64,000 bases of DNA from Antedon mediterranea. Taxonomy: Eukaryota > Animalia > Echinodermata. The translations under genes were made by a program, and so were the position numbers. The notes under the pieces are model-generated. The model saw nothing but the letters and a program-made list of their open reading frames with translations, did not search any database and was not told where the DNA came from. The stretch lies in the NCBI RefSeq assembly GCF_964355755.1, contig NC_092680.1:6820001-6884000 (forward strand). Reading direction: 5' to 3'. Every line of letters starts with the position of its first letter. Position 1 is the first letter of the stretch. Positions 33,581 to 48,000 of this stretch are shown here, one piece after another.

Positions 33581-36500
33581 CGAAATGTAAAAGCTCTAGG
33601 TGGGTAAGAATGAATATCGGGAGGACACAGACCCAAACTGACCGTTCACTATATGAATGGTCTTCTGGTCAGCCAATAGTTGTTTGTTGGGTTCCTTCAA
33701 GGCTGGTGCTACTCTGAAAATACAAGAATAATCCACGATAATTTTTAGCTAGCACTGTTAACTCTTTAATTTCACTTTAGCTAAGCAGGTTCTTGTCTTT
33801 CATTACAATGCATTTTGTAGGTTGTTATATAATCTCTTTAAGGCACATCATACAGAAGTCATTAATACATAAACAAAACTGTGACTCGTTGCTGTTGAAT
33901 CAAGGGAGTGATTAAAACAAATTTAAACAATTTCGGTGAAAATGGCCCTATAATCTTATTGTTTTTCTAAAAAATTCCAATTATTGAGATTTTAGAGTAA
34001 ACAGACATCTTATAGGAAACAGAATAGTGTCAAAGGTTGACAGCAAACGAGCTGGTTTTTTAGGCCCTATGATCTAAAGTGGTTTAAATAGATTGATTTC
34101 CCCAGGTTCACTGTACTAATGCTATTTCCGCTGTGCAAGTCAACTGCCTACTGCATTCTATGTAACAAGCTGACCAAAGAAAGTTAAATGTATTGATATT
34201 AGCTCAGACTAAGTATGTTGCATCTGCTCTGTCTATCTTATTGCCTATACAGTATAATTATATAACAAGCCAATAAATAGCCAGTTTTTAACAATGGAAA
34301 ACTTGTGAGCTAAACTTGTCAGACTTTACACACTAATTCATGATTGTGATGTCAGGATTATGATGTCATAATTGTTACCCATTGGTATGCTACTACTTCT
34401 ACAGTCTTTAAGAAAGTTCACACAGGAATTGTACACTATTCAAATATTACAATGCTCACATATTTAAAAAGAAGTTTTATAATGTTGATTACATATTTAT
34501 TTGCTTGATAATATTCTGCTTAATAATTAATGTTTACCATATTAGAGTTGATCATAATTATAAGCTAAAATTGGTGCATTTAGGATTATATATATTTTAT
34601 AAACGCTTTAGTTGCTAAAGGTCAAGACATCAGAAAACAAGTAAAGAAACTTAAGTAGGGGTTTAACTTTGAACTGCTTCTGCTGAAGAACCTACTGATT
34701 ACCTACGAACAACTATAGATTATTTTATATTGTCCATGACTCTGGTTGCTTTTATTTTTTTTTTAATCAGTACTGATTTCAAGAAATCATTTCTACTGTG
34801 GTTCAATATGTAGAAGAAAAAATGGCTGTATTTTGTTGACATGACACGGACAATATTTCGTCAAGCAACGCTGTGATTATGAATAGTTGAAGTCTAGTTG
34901 TGAATTTCTTTTTCTTCATCAGTTTGTTATAGGCCAACATGACCGTTGTCAAGGCATTATAATACTATATAATTTGTTTATTGTTTTAGTTATTTATTTA
35001 TTATCAATGCCCTTAAAAATAAGCACTATACATAACACGGAATCGTATCCAGTTTCCTGGATTTTAGTTCTCAAGAGTAGATTCTTCCAAGTTAGCTTTA
35101 TGTGTTGATTATTCTGTAAGTTTTAACTTAAAAGAATTAGGTTAATAAAAAAGCACTCAAGTTGAATATAACTGTGTAATATTATTTAAGTCATGCTTGT
35201 TATATAATACTATTTTATTTCGTTTTGGTGAGTTAAATTGGCAATCAAAGAGTAACACGTGTTGGAATTGGATTCTTTGTTTTTTCTAAATTATGTTAGC
35301 GAAAAATAGTGGAAAGTTGTATCAGCTTTGGCAACAAGTGTGCCATGAATATCTAAGTGTATAGGTTAAGGTACATAGTTATGAATACCAAAATGAAAGT
35401 ACGTATTTGTCTACTTTTAGCAAAGGTTTTTTTAAATGGGCATAGAAATATGCGAACTTGCTTTTATGCAACATAAAATTAAGTGCTTCATGTTGCAATG
35501 ATAAATGGAAAGGAAAACATTAAGCCTGGGGGTTTGGCAAATATGTGAAGCGTTGATCAATAAAACATTTTTGTAATAAAAATTGGGCTTATGTCTACTG
35601 CTGTTTGTCTATAATTTAGGTAAACATAAAAAAAAAACAGAAAGTCATCAGGATCAGCTGTACCCGTAACTAACACGGATGCCCACACTAAAGGTCGAAT
35701 TTACCAATGAAAGCAAACTTTGGCTCTTGCAAAGTAATTCACAAGTAGAGAGGGCGCTTTCTAATAAGAAAAATAAATAGATGTAACTCGAGTTATTTCG
35801 TTGTTTTAGTACAATAACTAGTGTAACAATACTTGTAGTCTTTTATTGCTTCTGTCAATAAAGAAGCCCGGAACAATTTACTCTTTGTTTATATGAAATT
35901 ATATTTACGAAACAATAAAAAGAGGGCGCTTTTCAATAAGAAAATAAAATAGGTTTCGCTCGAGTTATTTCATTGCATGAGCTCTCAGTTGGAGAAGCTG
36001 TCAAATTAACATGTTTATTTAAATTATTTCGAGTGCAGTGGGAAAATGTGTTACGGTGGGGTAAAGCTTGGCAGACGTTAGCATCAACAGTTTTGTGTCT
36101 ACCTATAGTTAAATTATTGTTTAGCCTCATTAGGCTTAGATCTGTCTGTCAGTCTCGGTCAGATGTAGGCCTGTACATTATGTGTAATTAATTCGTAAGT
36201 ATTATACAAACTGCCTTGGATCGATGTGTCATTATTTACAGGCACCCTTCGATTAGTTTTCTATTTACTTTCACTTTCAAAGAATCAATTTCGATCATTA
36301 GGTCGGTTATCACAATGCAGTATTTAATTAACAATTATTATTCAAACAGAATTGATCTCTTTTTGACTACGGAAGAGAATGTCTTGTATTTAATAGGTCA
36401 AGCATGCACTTATTTGTTTATTTATTATGTATACATAATCATAAATCGAATCTCTAATCATTTCTTAAATGTATCATTTTGGATCAAATCATTATTCTTG

Positions 36501-37975
36501 TTGCATGGCTGAAGTGAATTCTGGGAATACGTTTTCGTATTTCTAGTCTTTTCAGAAGAAAAAAGAAAAAATTATATTTGCATGCAAAATATAATTAATT
36601 TAAACTACAGTGTATAACATGTGAGCGGGTTCTATCTTCTTGTCTATCCATTCTCTGGTTCTCGAAATGTCAGTGTAAAACATGACTTGGCCCGTGTGCC
36701 TTTGTAAAGAACCTACTGCATCGTTCGTTATGAATATTACTGCAGTACGTACCAGTACTACTGGTTCACATTATGTTAAGACAGTGTGAGTATGTACTTT
36801 CCTCATGCAATTGTATCTCGCTTTTTTTTTTATAATTTGGTGAGCTGTGAAACGAAATGATTAAATGTTGATAAAGGAAAATTGTTCATGTCACGTCCGA
36901 TGTTACAAGTTACAAATCAACTATATTTTCATTTTGAAATATTTGTTGTAAGCCTACAGCATAAAACTCATTAAAATATGTATACATAAATTAAATTTTC
37001 AATAAAAATATAATTATCCTCCGAAATTGTTATTGAATAAATTATGTACAATGCTGAATGTTGAACATACTTTTACTATAGCTACAATAATTGTAGGCGA
37101 ATTTTTGTATTTATTTTATTTCTTGATCATAGCCTATGACATAATGTGTATACAAATAGTAAGCATCAACAGTAACATGTTCGAAAAATATGTACGTATA
37201 AAATGCTGACAAATATAATTTGATAATCATAATTCAACCAGCGTGACGTTAACAAGTTTTGCGTCCATCGTTCAGTCAATAAAATAACCGCAAATGAGAA
37301 ACTTACCCATTAATGATCATTGATACGTTTCATAGTAACGTAGTGCATGGTAATTGATATTGATTATGTCTGTAACTACCAGAAGTTGATATCAGATAAC
37401 TTCTTGTTGGTTGTTAGTGTTTCGGGAACCACACACACACGATGTTGACGAATTTGGAATCTTTCGATATTTTACATTGATCAAAATGGGTAATTTATTT
37501 TACTTTACTTTTACCTGTTTATTATCCTAATACTGTAATTCTAATTGTATTAGTTAATTAGCTATACTTATCATCCCCGTTGTAACTACCATCATCTATC
37601 ATCTTTTCGTTAGAAACGGCAATTTTACATTACTGCAGTAATTTGTTACGGTACTTTAACCTACATAACTATACATATATTACAGTTTAATCTGTACGTT
37701 TAATTTATACTTATTTATTTTAAGTGTTTGTTTTTCATTCTTGGATTCACCTTTGAGTGCCATTTATGTCGTTTTCAAACATAGATTATTATATTAAGTA
37801 GAAATTAACTTTTGGCTTTCGATTTGAATTTTCATCCTAGTTTCTTTAGTAACAGTCTAGTACTTAATGGCTTTTTAATTAATATACAAAATACATATTA
37901 TTATGTTATTTCATGATTTTCGTTTTAGGTTGAAACAGTATTGTTGTATGTTTATTTAAGGTAATATTACTTAAG

Positions 37976-40900
37976 ATGTCAGAAGGAGAACAACATAAAG
38001 AGGAAGGCGATGTTCTGCCAATGGTTAACGATCTTCTCAAGAATTCGTCTTCACACGGGCTGCCAAATATCTATTCTGCACAGTCCCTGGTTGGAAAGTT
38101 TTTCTGGGCAGCTGTGTTCTTTACCGGGTTATGTCTTATGCTTTGGCAGGTTTATGAGTTATTTGTGGCATATTTTGCATACGAGTATATTGTTGGAATT
38201 GAAGTACGGTTTAACAGATCTCTACCATTCCCTGCAGTCACCATCTGTAATTTAAATCCGATAAAACAAAGTATTCTAGAAAGATCTAGTGAAGCCTTCC
38301 GAAGTGAGTTTGACGCTAGTTATATCGCAGATAAAGTGGCATGGATGGAAAGTAATACACAACAGAGTGTACCAGTCGCTAAAGGAGAACAATCTGGACC
38401 AGTGACCGTAGAGTATTACACTACAAATATTGAAGATACAGCGACTGAAAGTTCAGGTTCGGGTAGAAAAGCAAGAGGCGCTAACCCTGTACCGATTCCG
38501 CCTTCTCCTCCACCTACTTCTTTCACAACTTCAAGTAACGAAGGAATCAATTCTACATTCAATTCTACAGAACCTCCGGTAAGTTCAACCACCGTTTTAT
38601 TACTGACTGAAAAATACTAATGGTGACAAAATACGGGGAAATTGTTCGTGTCTCCATGGAGATGCAATTTCATATTGGCAAATGTGTACACCATAATACA
38701 TTTTATTTATATTTAAATTCAAATAAAAGCCAACATTTTTGAGTAAGCCTTTCTCCGCATTATAATTAATGTATTTGTTTTTCTTTTTATCTTACCATAA
38801 TGTAATTGAATTTCGATCAACGTTACATGCATCTTATTCAAACTTGACTTTTACATGTTCTTTTATTAGGCCTATGTTACTTGTGTTATATACATTATCT
38901 TCGGCTGCCCTACCATATTTGTAATTTCGGATACCTTACTGGCCAATTTCACACACGATGCAACTGATTCTGTAGCTGTCACTAGACAGATTCTAACTGA
39001 CTATCGCAAGTCATCTATAAACAAGTTTAGCTGTGTATTCAATATAGTTAGAATCTGTGTAGTGACAGCAGCTGCAGAATCGGGACGAACGATGAGTATA
39101 AATAAAAGTGCATACATTCTAAGCATAATAACATTTAAAATCACAAAAGTGTTTCTTTGAGTGACGCACTTCACCTCTTATTACTTGCAGGTAAAATCAT
39201 GGGATGAGCTTGAAAACAAGGAATATTTTGAAGCTCAGTCAACAGAGTACATACGTATGAAAAAGTTGAGGATTGCACTTTCAGAAATACCGTTGGAACA
39301 AAAAATAATCATGGGACATACTTTACAAGATATTCTTTTAGATTGTTCATGGAAAGGTTTTCAATGTGGGCCACAGTAAGTAACATTCTAAACATTCTCT
39401 CTTATTAGTTGTCAATTCAACGTTAATAAAAACAGATTCATCCAGAATCCCTACTACTTCCTCTAAGAGACAAAAAATGTATTAATGATTTGTCAAATTT
39501 TAAATCCAACGTTTGAAAATCAGATTGAATTTGCATTTCTATTTTTTTTCGGTTTTTTTACTCTTTGCAGAGTTATTTTAGAATTTATTTATCCAGAAAA
39601 TAAATACAAATAGATAAAATTGTATACGGAATCCTTGGCGATATAGTTGTTGTAATTGAGCTAAAGGAAAATAAATAACTATGCTATTATTGTATAGTGT
39701 TTTTAATTCAACAACATTTTACTCCTGATAACGCAACATGCGATTTTTTTTGTTTTTTTTACTGTAGTACAAAGGTATACAAACATCTACGTGCGTACCA
39801 TTGTGTCTATTTATACCCAAACTAATGTGATTTCTTTACCAATGCATCTTCAAGCTACTGACCATGTAATATTAATCTTGAGTGTTTTGATTGAATTCAA
39901 GTAAATTTTCTTTTGGATCTAATGTTTTGATTGAATATTTTAGAAATTTTACTACATTTTACCATTATCAATATGGAAATTGCTACACTTTCAACAATGG
40001 AGTGGAGAATCCTGTACTTACTACTAGCAGACCCGGACCAAATTACGGTAAACAAATATGTTTCTATTTAAAATCGAAAAACAACAATGCTTTATGTTTG
40101 CGCAGATGCAACTTCTGACTAGACAAGATTTCAGCTTCCATTGTGTAAATGATTAAAGTTTAAATTTGTGAATAAATAATTATACATACCTCCAAATAAT
40201 GAATAATTGTTGCTAAGTGCTTATGTGCTAATCCATAGTATGGCACTAAAATATTTAAACAAAATTTAACAGTTTTACTGAAACCTATAGCTTTAACCTT
40301 TGACTCATTAGTGAATTGTTTATGTGTGTTTACAGGTCTGAGCCTGGAATTATTCGTTGATCAAGACGAATATATGGAAGGCATGACAGATGCCGCAGGG
40401 TTCCGAGTATCCGTGCATGAGCCAAACGTAATGCCATTCCCAGAAGACGATGGTTTGTCTATTGGTCCTGGTCAAAGATCCTCTTTAGCTACGAGAGTGG
40501 TAAGTTTTTGGTACGGTAGAATCGTATAGCACTAACTAAATATGATCTACATTTTGTGTATGCCTTTTTTAGTTAAACTTATTTATGCAATTGATTTTGT
40601 AAACTGTGGGCGTCCGTTTTCGAAATAAAATGTTTCAACTTAGAAGCTTAGATAGGCCTACTAAATAGATGAATAGAATAAATAAATGAAACTATAGCTT
40701 TTCTCCGGATTATTGATATTATTTTAGGTTTTTATTTTTTCCCCTGACAAATACTTTTATTTGAATTTAACCATTGTTATAGACCTATTAATATATATTG
40801 GTTATGGTTGCCAAACCCACACACATATTTACTGTGAACAATAACACCTTCGTATTGAACTATTCTTTTCAGTTGGAAATGGATCGATTAGGATCACCCT

Positions 40901-43900
40901 GGGGTGACTGCACAGACGCAAATTTGTACACAACTAAAGATATATTCATTAATTGTTATAATGTTAAGTACAGTAAGCAGGTAATTATCATCTTTATATA
41001 TTGTGCTCCACAGGCTCGTCTGATATTCATTCATTCATTTATCATTTAAATATCATTTGCATATACAATAGGCCTATAAATTGAAAACCGTATTGCTTTG
41101 AAACAAAAATACACAGTGCGAAGTACAATAATCTCGCCAACCAAAATAAAAAGTCACCTCTCCAGTAGAAACTGTTGCGGAACCTATTTGTACAAGAGAT
41201 GTGAATGGCCGGTAATGTCTACCGCTACGTAGAATCTCAAAAACAGCGCTTGAGACATACACATTATTATTTCAGATATTTTGTCACAATTGATCTGTTC
41301 ACAATTATATCGTGTTATATGCTATGCCATTCTGATCTTTATATTTGGCCATTATAGATTCTAGACTTGCAACCTTTAAATGTCTACAGTGGAATCTCTA
41401 TTAAGAGGACACCTGTTGATCCAAACTATCCCTTAATAGGAAAGTCCTTAAGTAATGACTGCCCGTAGTGTTAAAACATATATTTCCTCTTTTTTTTCAT
41501 AAGAAAGTGTTATTAGGGGTATCTCAAAAGAGACTTCCACTTCTGAACTATTTTGAATTGTATTGTAGCTGACTTACTCAGTTATTATGTATAATGTATA
41601 GGCTTGTGAAAGAAGTTGTTATCAATATGCAGTTATAGAGGCATGTGATTGTGCAGACACCCATTTTCCATTCCCCCCAGAAGTATTAACCAGGATAAGA
41701 CCATGTGACACTGAAGCAAATATAAACCGTAAGACATTATTGAACGATAGTTGTTAAAATGTCCTTTTCTTTTGTGTATCTTATATTTTTTATTTAAGGT
41801 TTTTGATGATGTGTATCTTTGTGTTTCTTGCTTTATTTAAGAGTTTTGATGTTTGTTTTGTACTGTCAGGTGCTTTGTAAAAAACGCCATATAAATTTAA
41901 TTTTAAAAAAGTAAAAAAAATACGTTCGAAAAGTCTAGTCACTGGCAAACTTTTGTTTGCAACTCAAAGATTGCCACTGTTTGGACAGGGAGTTTTAAAA
42001 TAATTTATTTATCACTATTTTGCAACTCTTTGGTTTGGAGAAGGTGTAGCTTACTGAATTCTGATGATCTTATCACAAGGCTTACTGTTCACGTGATCAG
42101 TTGGATAGGCAACCGTCTCCAAACAGTTTCAAGCTTGTAATGTGTAAACACAGGTTTGTTAGTGTAAACTAATATTCCTTTGGTCTGGGTTTAGTTCAGA
42201 TGAAGAAGTATTTACACTGGTGCCTATAATTAGGATGATTCTTGCCTACACGAATACAACAACCCAAACGACTAGATTGGGTTTATTAAATCTAATATCT
42301 GGATATGTAATGTAACAGATATTTAGATGTCATGAGCGCGCCATTACTGTATTTAAATTGAGAGTCAATACTCTAAACGCGGCACATGTCAACGTAATAC
42401 CCGACGACCTAATAATTATTATCTAATATATATTTTCTTCTGTTCTGTAAAATAGACTATGAAAGTTGGTTTAATGTTAACATTTCTTTTTACAACTGAA
42501 AACCCATCGCTCGGTTGAAATTAACAATTCAGAGAAAAACACAAATAAATTATTGTTAATAAATAATGAGAAAACCAGTTATCAAATATCAAGAAAAGAA
42601 ACAAAATATTGTTAGGAGAAAGTGTGTGTAAGTAACTCTTCTTGTAGATGACGCTGATATTTTGATTAAATACCCATAACATAGTTACGCGTTTGAATAA
42701 GGTTATTGGCAATGTTCGTTTTACATTTTTAGATAGAAAATGTATCGGAGATATGGAAAGAAAATACGACGAAAACGATTTAAGGTGTAATTGTAACCAA
42801 ACATGTCAGTAAGTAATAGACTACCATAATATATCAAATGTCAAATTAAAAAAAAGAATTTTGAAGACAATTTGAATAATATTTATTAGATTATGATTAA
42901 AAATGTTAATCTGGTTTTGAATATCTATGAGTTAGTAGTTCTTTTTCAAAACCAAAAATTAGCGAAACTAACCTGTTTTACAGTTTCGCCGTCCTACTTT
43001 AAAAATAACTAAGTAGCTCATGTATTAGATAAATGGACAGACGTATAAACAAAACTATCTTTGTTTGATTTTTCGAGTTTTACTCGGAGTTTTGCCAGTG
43101 TGTTCTGGAAAATTGTCCTACTTGAGTTGAACCACCTTAGACCACCATTACGTTTGTGACTATACTGTATGTTGAGGTTTGAGTTCAAGCAATGGGTACC
43201 GTAAAATAAGACAGAGATATTAACATAAAACACTTTTATTTAAGTAGATGGTAGATACGCAAGTTTTAAGTTTAAAAATCTACTCAATTTTATTTATATA
43301 ATTTTTTGCAGTGATACAGTGTATATGCCTTCAGTTACACAATCGGAGTGGCCCGCATTAGGTTACGAGGTATACATTTTGTTTTTGATCTATTTACTTT
43401 CAAAGCATTTGAAAAATATTATTATTATATAGTTATTACTTATTGTTTCTAAGTTTGCTTTGCACAATAGAGTTCACAATTCTCAAGTTATCGTTTAGAA
43501 TAAGTTGTATAATACAAACAAACCATGTCTAAAATAATAGATTGATATATTAGTAGAATTACACAAGCTTGTTGAAATCTCAAACTATCAAGTAGGCCTA
43601 TATCAACATATTGAGTAGCACGTCGTCCTCTGTCACTCTCTGCATTAAACACCTATACATCATAAATAGTTTCACAACCTCCAAAATAGTAATATATTTA
43701 ATTAAATGAAAAGATAACATAGTAATGTCGGTTTTTCTTTTCAGACAACTTTGTATAACAGAGTACAAGAGAGGAATTATGCGATTCGAAGTCGTGGCAC
43801 TGACACACTTACTGCGGCCCAATGGATCAAGTAAAGTTTAACTTTTGTATAGAAAGTTTAGGTTAAATGAGACGCAGGTTTTTAGCATCCTGAATAAATG

Positions 43901-45075
43901 TATAATAAAAAATAATAAAATACCTAATACCTTTACCAATGAGTCTAAAGTATTGTATCTGTTGCCAACCAACCCACAATAGAATTAGAGGTCTAATCGC
44001 GTTGCCAATCGGTTATGGCACAGGTTTGAAGGCTCTCCTCGGTCATAGTTCTGGTGGTAGAACTTATTGGATAATGACTTCTAAGAGATCCAATGTACAC
44101 CTCTGGCTCATGTGCTCTTAATAAAACCCATGCATCTTTCAGAAGAGTAAGAAGCTATTCATTTTGAAAGGTTGTCTGAAAGATCGGAGTGGTAAACTCG
44201 AATCAATTAAGTCAAAGACAAGATGGTTAAGATCATCTTCGGATGCATCCGCTTGGTGTATAATAATGTGGAGTTGGTAAAATTGTTATTACACCTCATA
44301 CACTAATTGGTATAAAACACATACCAAATAAACATATAAATTAGATTATAATGAAAAGTGAAGGTAAAATGTAAAGCAAACAACAACAAAAACTAAACGA
44401 CAAACACTAAAATTCATCAAATCACTAATATTAACAGCGATTTCAATAGCATTAACCGCAGAACATAGAACTGAGTGATGTGAAATTTTCATAACGTCTC
44501 CGATGGTTTGGTAAAGTTTTTTTGTCATGTAATACAGGGACAAATAATTAATGTTTCTTCATTTTGAAAAAAAGTTAATTTCGGTGTGTTTTTATTGAAT
44601 CCTTCTTTCTTATTAGGCGGAACGTTGCAAAGTTGGATGTATATTTTATGGAATTCAACTATCAGTACATTAAGCAATCTCCTGCAACATCTGTAAGCGA
44701 TTAAACATTCTTAAATTCTCTTAAAATTTGTCTTCATATAGTTATTTAGAATACAGGACATTAAACCTTTTTAAACTGAGTGAATTATTTAAAGCCTTCT
44801 GATTTGAATGAAAAGGCAATTAATATCAGTAAATATAATTAAGTTTACAATAATAATATAATAGTTTATACATTTGTTATATTTAGGTAATGGATCTTTT
44901 GAGTAACATTGGTGGTCAACTAGGTCTTTGGATAGGTGTATCAGTGGTCACGCTTATGGAGATGATGCAATTGATCGGGGCAGTAATTGGCGCAATGATT
45001 GGAAAGTCACATCGACCACAGAGAACTGCGCCATCTTCAGACAGAGAAAAGAACATTCCAGATGCTTTTAATTAA
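37976..45075 (+). CDS. DEG/ENaC (amiloride-sensitive sodium channel) family subunit, about 591 aa, 11 coding exons
   Basis: Exons: 37976-38578, 39191-39375, 39944-40047, 40336-40499, 40873-40980, 41602-41728, 42733-42808, 43312-43369, 43745-43830, 44617-44692, 44887-45075 (1776 nt, all GT-AG). Motifs: SSHGLP (HG gate), TM1, FPAVTICNLN, YGNCYTFN, GFRVSVH..PFP, cysteine-rich thumb, and TM2 LLSNIGGQLGLWIGVSVVT. Confidence 0.93.
38941..39082. mobile_element. Inverted-repeat (MITE-like) remnant in the first coding intron of the ENaC gene
   Basis: GATTCTGTAGCTGTCACTAGACAGATTCTAACT pairs with AGTTAGAATCTGTGTAGTGACAGCAGCTGCAGAATC. Confidence 0.6.
44000..44152 (+). mobile_element. Old degenerate copy of the Deu/Nin-domain SINE
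   Basis: CATAGTTCTGGTGGTAGAAC...GGATAATGACT...TCCAATGTACACCTCTGGCTCATGTGC.CTT...CATCTTTCAGAAGAGTA aligns by eye to the 7487 copy. Confidence 0.65.
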
Positions 45076-48000
45076 AACAGAGAAGAAAATTCTTAAAGAT
45101 ATTTTAAGAGAAAACATGTCACTTAGCTCTAGAATTGACCATTTTCTGTGGTAATTGTTGTTGTGCCTTTCAAGATTGTTCAAAATGTGGAAGTAAATCA
45201 CAATTACCGTAGTAACTGTAGGAGCCTATTTTGTTGTAATATGTTCTATTTCAAACTATTTTAATTTGCATTAATGATGTATATTACTAAACTTGTTTTT
45301 AAAAGTAAGTATAAACAATTCTTTTAACACTCATAGCACCATTTTAAACACTATTTTTAACGTACTCTTGCTACATATTCGACATATTGAACAAGTAGGT
45401 TTATATGTTTCATAGAAAGGTTTTTGCACATGTAATAAATGTGTAATTGTTTTTTCATTCCCGAGTCACAAGAAATAATAAGATACATGTTCAAATAAAA
45501 TAACATGTACTACTGTATTCATTTGACATTATAGCCAAAAAATCAATCAAACTAAATTTAGTATTTGGAGTTAAGCCGGACCTTGTGTTCTGTAAAATCA
45601 TTGCATTCAGTTCAGTACTCTTGGAAAAGACCATTATGAATGAACGTTTCTGTCGTAATACTGCTGCTCTTTTTGTATCATCAAAGTATCCAATTCAGAG
45701 GCCTGTATGCGTACTTGACAATGTCGTAGACATTAAAATGGCTTAAGATTGAAGTATTCCCGATAATATATGACATTTTGTACTACTCGCATTTAAATAG
45801 CTTACTTAAAGTAATTTCAGTATGGAGTTTCAAATGTTGGTAACAACGCAACAGTTATTTAAAATGTTTTGCCGATAGCGATTGTGTCTGCAAGAATATA
45901 AACAATACAGTGACTGATAATATAAGATCCTACTGTACTATCACTATTACTGTAATGTGCCTGTTTTAGGTAAAACGAACATTATTATTGTTTTAAAATG
46001 TTTCCTCTTCTTGACATTCGACTCTTTCTAATATTAATTATTGAGTTGAGACATGAAGTAAATATTTATTAATAAGAAGTATGTAAATACATTTTATAGT
46101 TATATATACGGTAACAACATCACAGCATCTTGTTGATATTCCTGGTATATTAAAAAAATAGTTTTTTTAATTTCTACCAACTGGGTAATTTGTCAAGCTA
46201 TATATCGATCATAGAGGTTTATACCTCCATGTCTCAATCTCCTCTTAGATATCAGTACTTATTCTTGTTGTTTTAATACATATACAAATATATAGTGTGT
46301 AAGCTATTAGATATTGTAAGTCTTATATACAATAATATTTTGTAGAAATAAGTCCGGATATATACGTGTGCCCACAAAACTATTTCGCTTGCGATGCAAA
46401 CAAGTCACGTACGAAAGACGGATTTATTTATTATAGTAAAGCGTGAAATTAAACAAATCGTAAATATTTCTGCATCGAAATGAAGATTTTAACAAATGTG
46501 TTGGAAATTATGATACGATTATTTGAATACTACAAAGGGGACAATAAATATAAACGGCACTAAAGTGCAAATTATTTCAATCAAGATTCGGTCCGTCTTT
46601 TAACATGTATCTGGGTTAAGTGTAGTATTGTTTTATTAACCTATTTTTATCTATTTGTTTCATAGATATTATTATTATTATAATTATCGAAGGGAGTAGA
46701 CTGTGGGGGTGGTGCAAAAGGCAAACAGGTTTAGGCCTAATAGGCTTGCTATTGTATTTTGCCAAATGCGAGTCAGGGAGGCATGCAATTCATGCATTTC
46801 ATGCGGACCTTATTTTGAAGTGGTGGAATAGAGTTAACGCTATTTGAGCTACTGGGTTTGGGGTTCACATAATTATACGTCCCACTTTCAACCACACATC
46901 ATGAGTCAGCAACATCAATACATCTGATGATGATGTCGTTGAGACAACCCCAAGGCTGTGGTAGGGTCTTACTGCTAAGGAAGGGAGTGCACACTATAAC
47001 ATCTTTTTTTCCTGTTGCTTATGCAACCTGTATTTATATTTAGCGCCCTCAATTTATAAACAACAGTGTCAGATGTCAGAAAATTAGGAAAAAATATAAA
47101 ACATCTCCATGTCTATACCAACTTCGAATGTCATCCATGCACTTTGGCAGCACTCGCCATGTTAGGGCTTGTCCTGGAGACTAATGTTTATTTATAATAT
47201 GTGCAATTTCCGAGGACCTGGCAGATTTATTTTTCAAAGTTATAGTATTTCATTTCATAGTTTAGCAACCAGCCAACCCTTCTGAATTAATACAAACTAT
47301 ACGTTGGTTGGTCTACCGGGATTGTTACGAAGATAATAGAAGAGAAAACTAAAAACTGTTATATTTATTAAAATAAATTTTCTCGACAATATCCAATTTT
47401 AAACTATTTTGTAAAAATAAATTTGTTTTCTTTAGCTTTGCTAGATTCGTATATCAACTTTACTTTACACATACACCAGACACATACAGATTGCATTATT
47501 TACATAAAATCAAAAAGTTATTATTAGTATTGTTCAATAACTTACTAACCAGAAAACATCTCTTATGGCGTACCGTAAATGATCATTAATTTCGTGCGGT
47601 TTATTTAATCAAACGCCTTTGATAAAAAAAAAGTGGAAAAAGTACAAGTCGGCATTTGTCCATTTCATAATAAAGTCTCTGTTATAAGAAGTACTTGTCC
47701 GGTTAAGTGCTCTGCTCTGAAACCGACATACAAATTTCATATTGATTGGATTATAAGCAGCATGGTTTGATCGAGAGATCATTTATTATTAAATTACATG
47801 ATTTGCATGATCAATGCTAATAGTTTTCTACCTTTTTAAAAGTAGAAACTGTTTTGCTTTTTTAAAACGGTTTTAAATAATCGATCGCACAGAGTGAACA
47901 GAACTATTTTAAAGTGTGAACACCTGAATAACATTCCAATTAGTACGGTAACAATTGTTACGCTTCATTGACGATTGAATTACGTTACTGGTCATCCCGT

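Noticed and set aside
39188-39196. Recursive-splicing-like AG|GT at ENaC acceptors (also 44885-44892)
   Set aside because: Both exons simply begin with a Val codon (GTA), and the introns are short.
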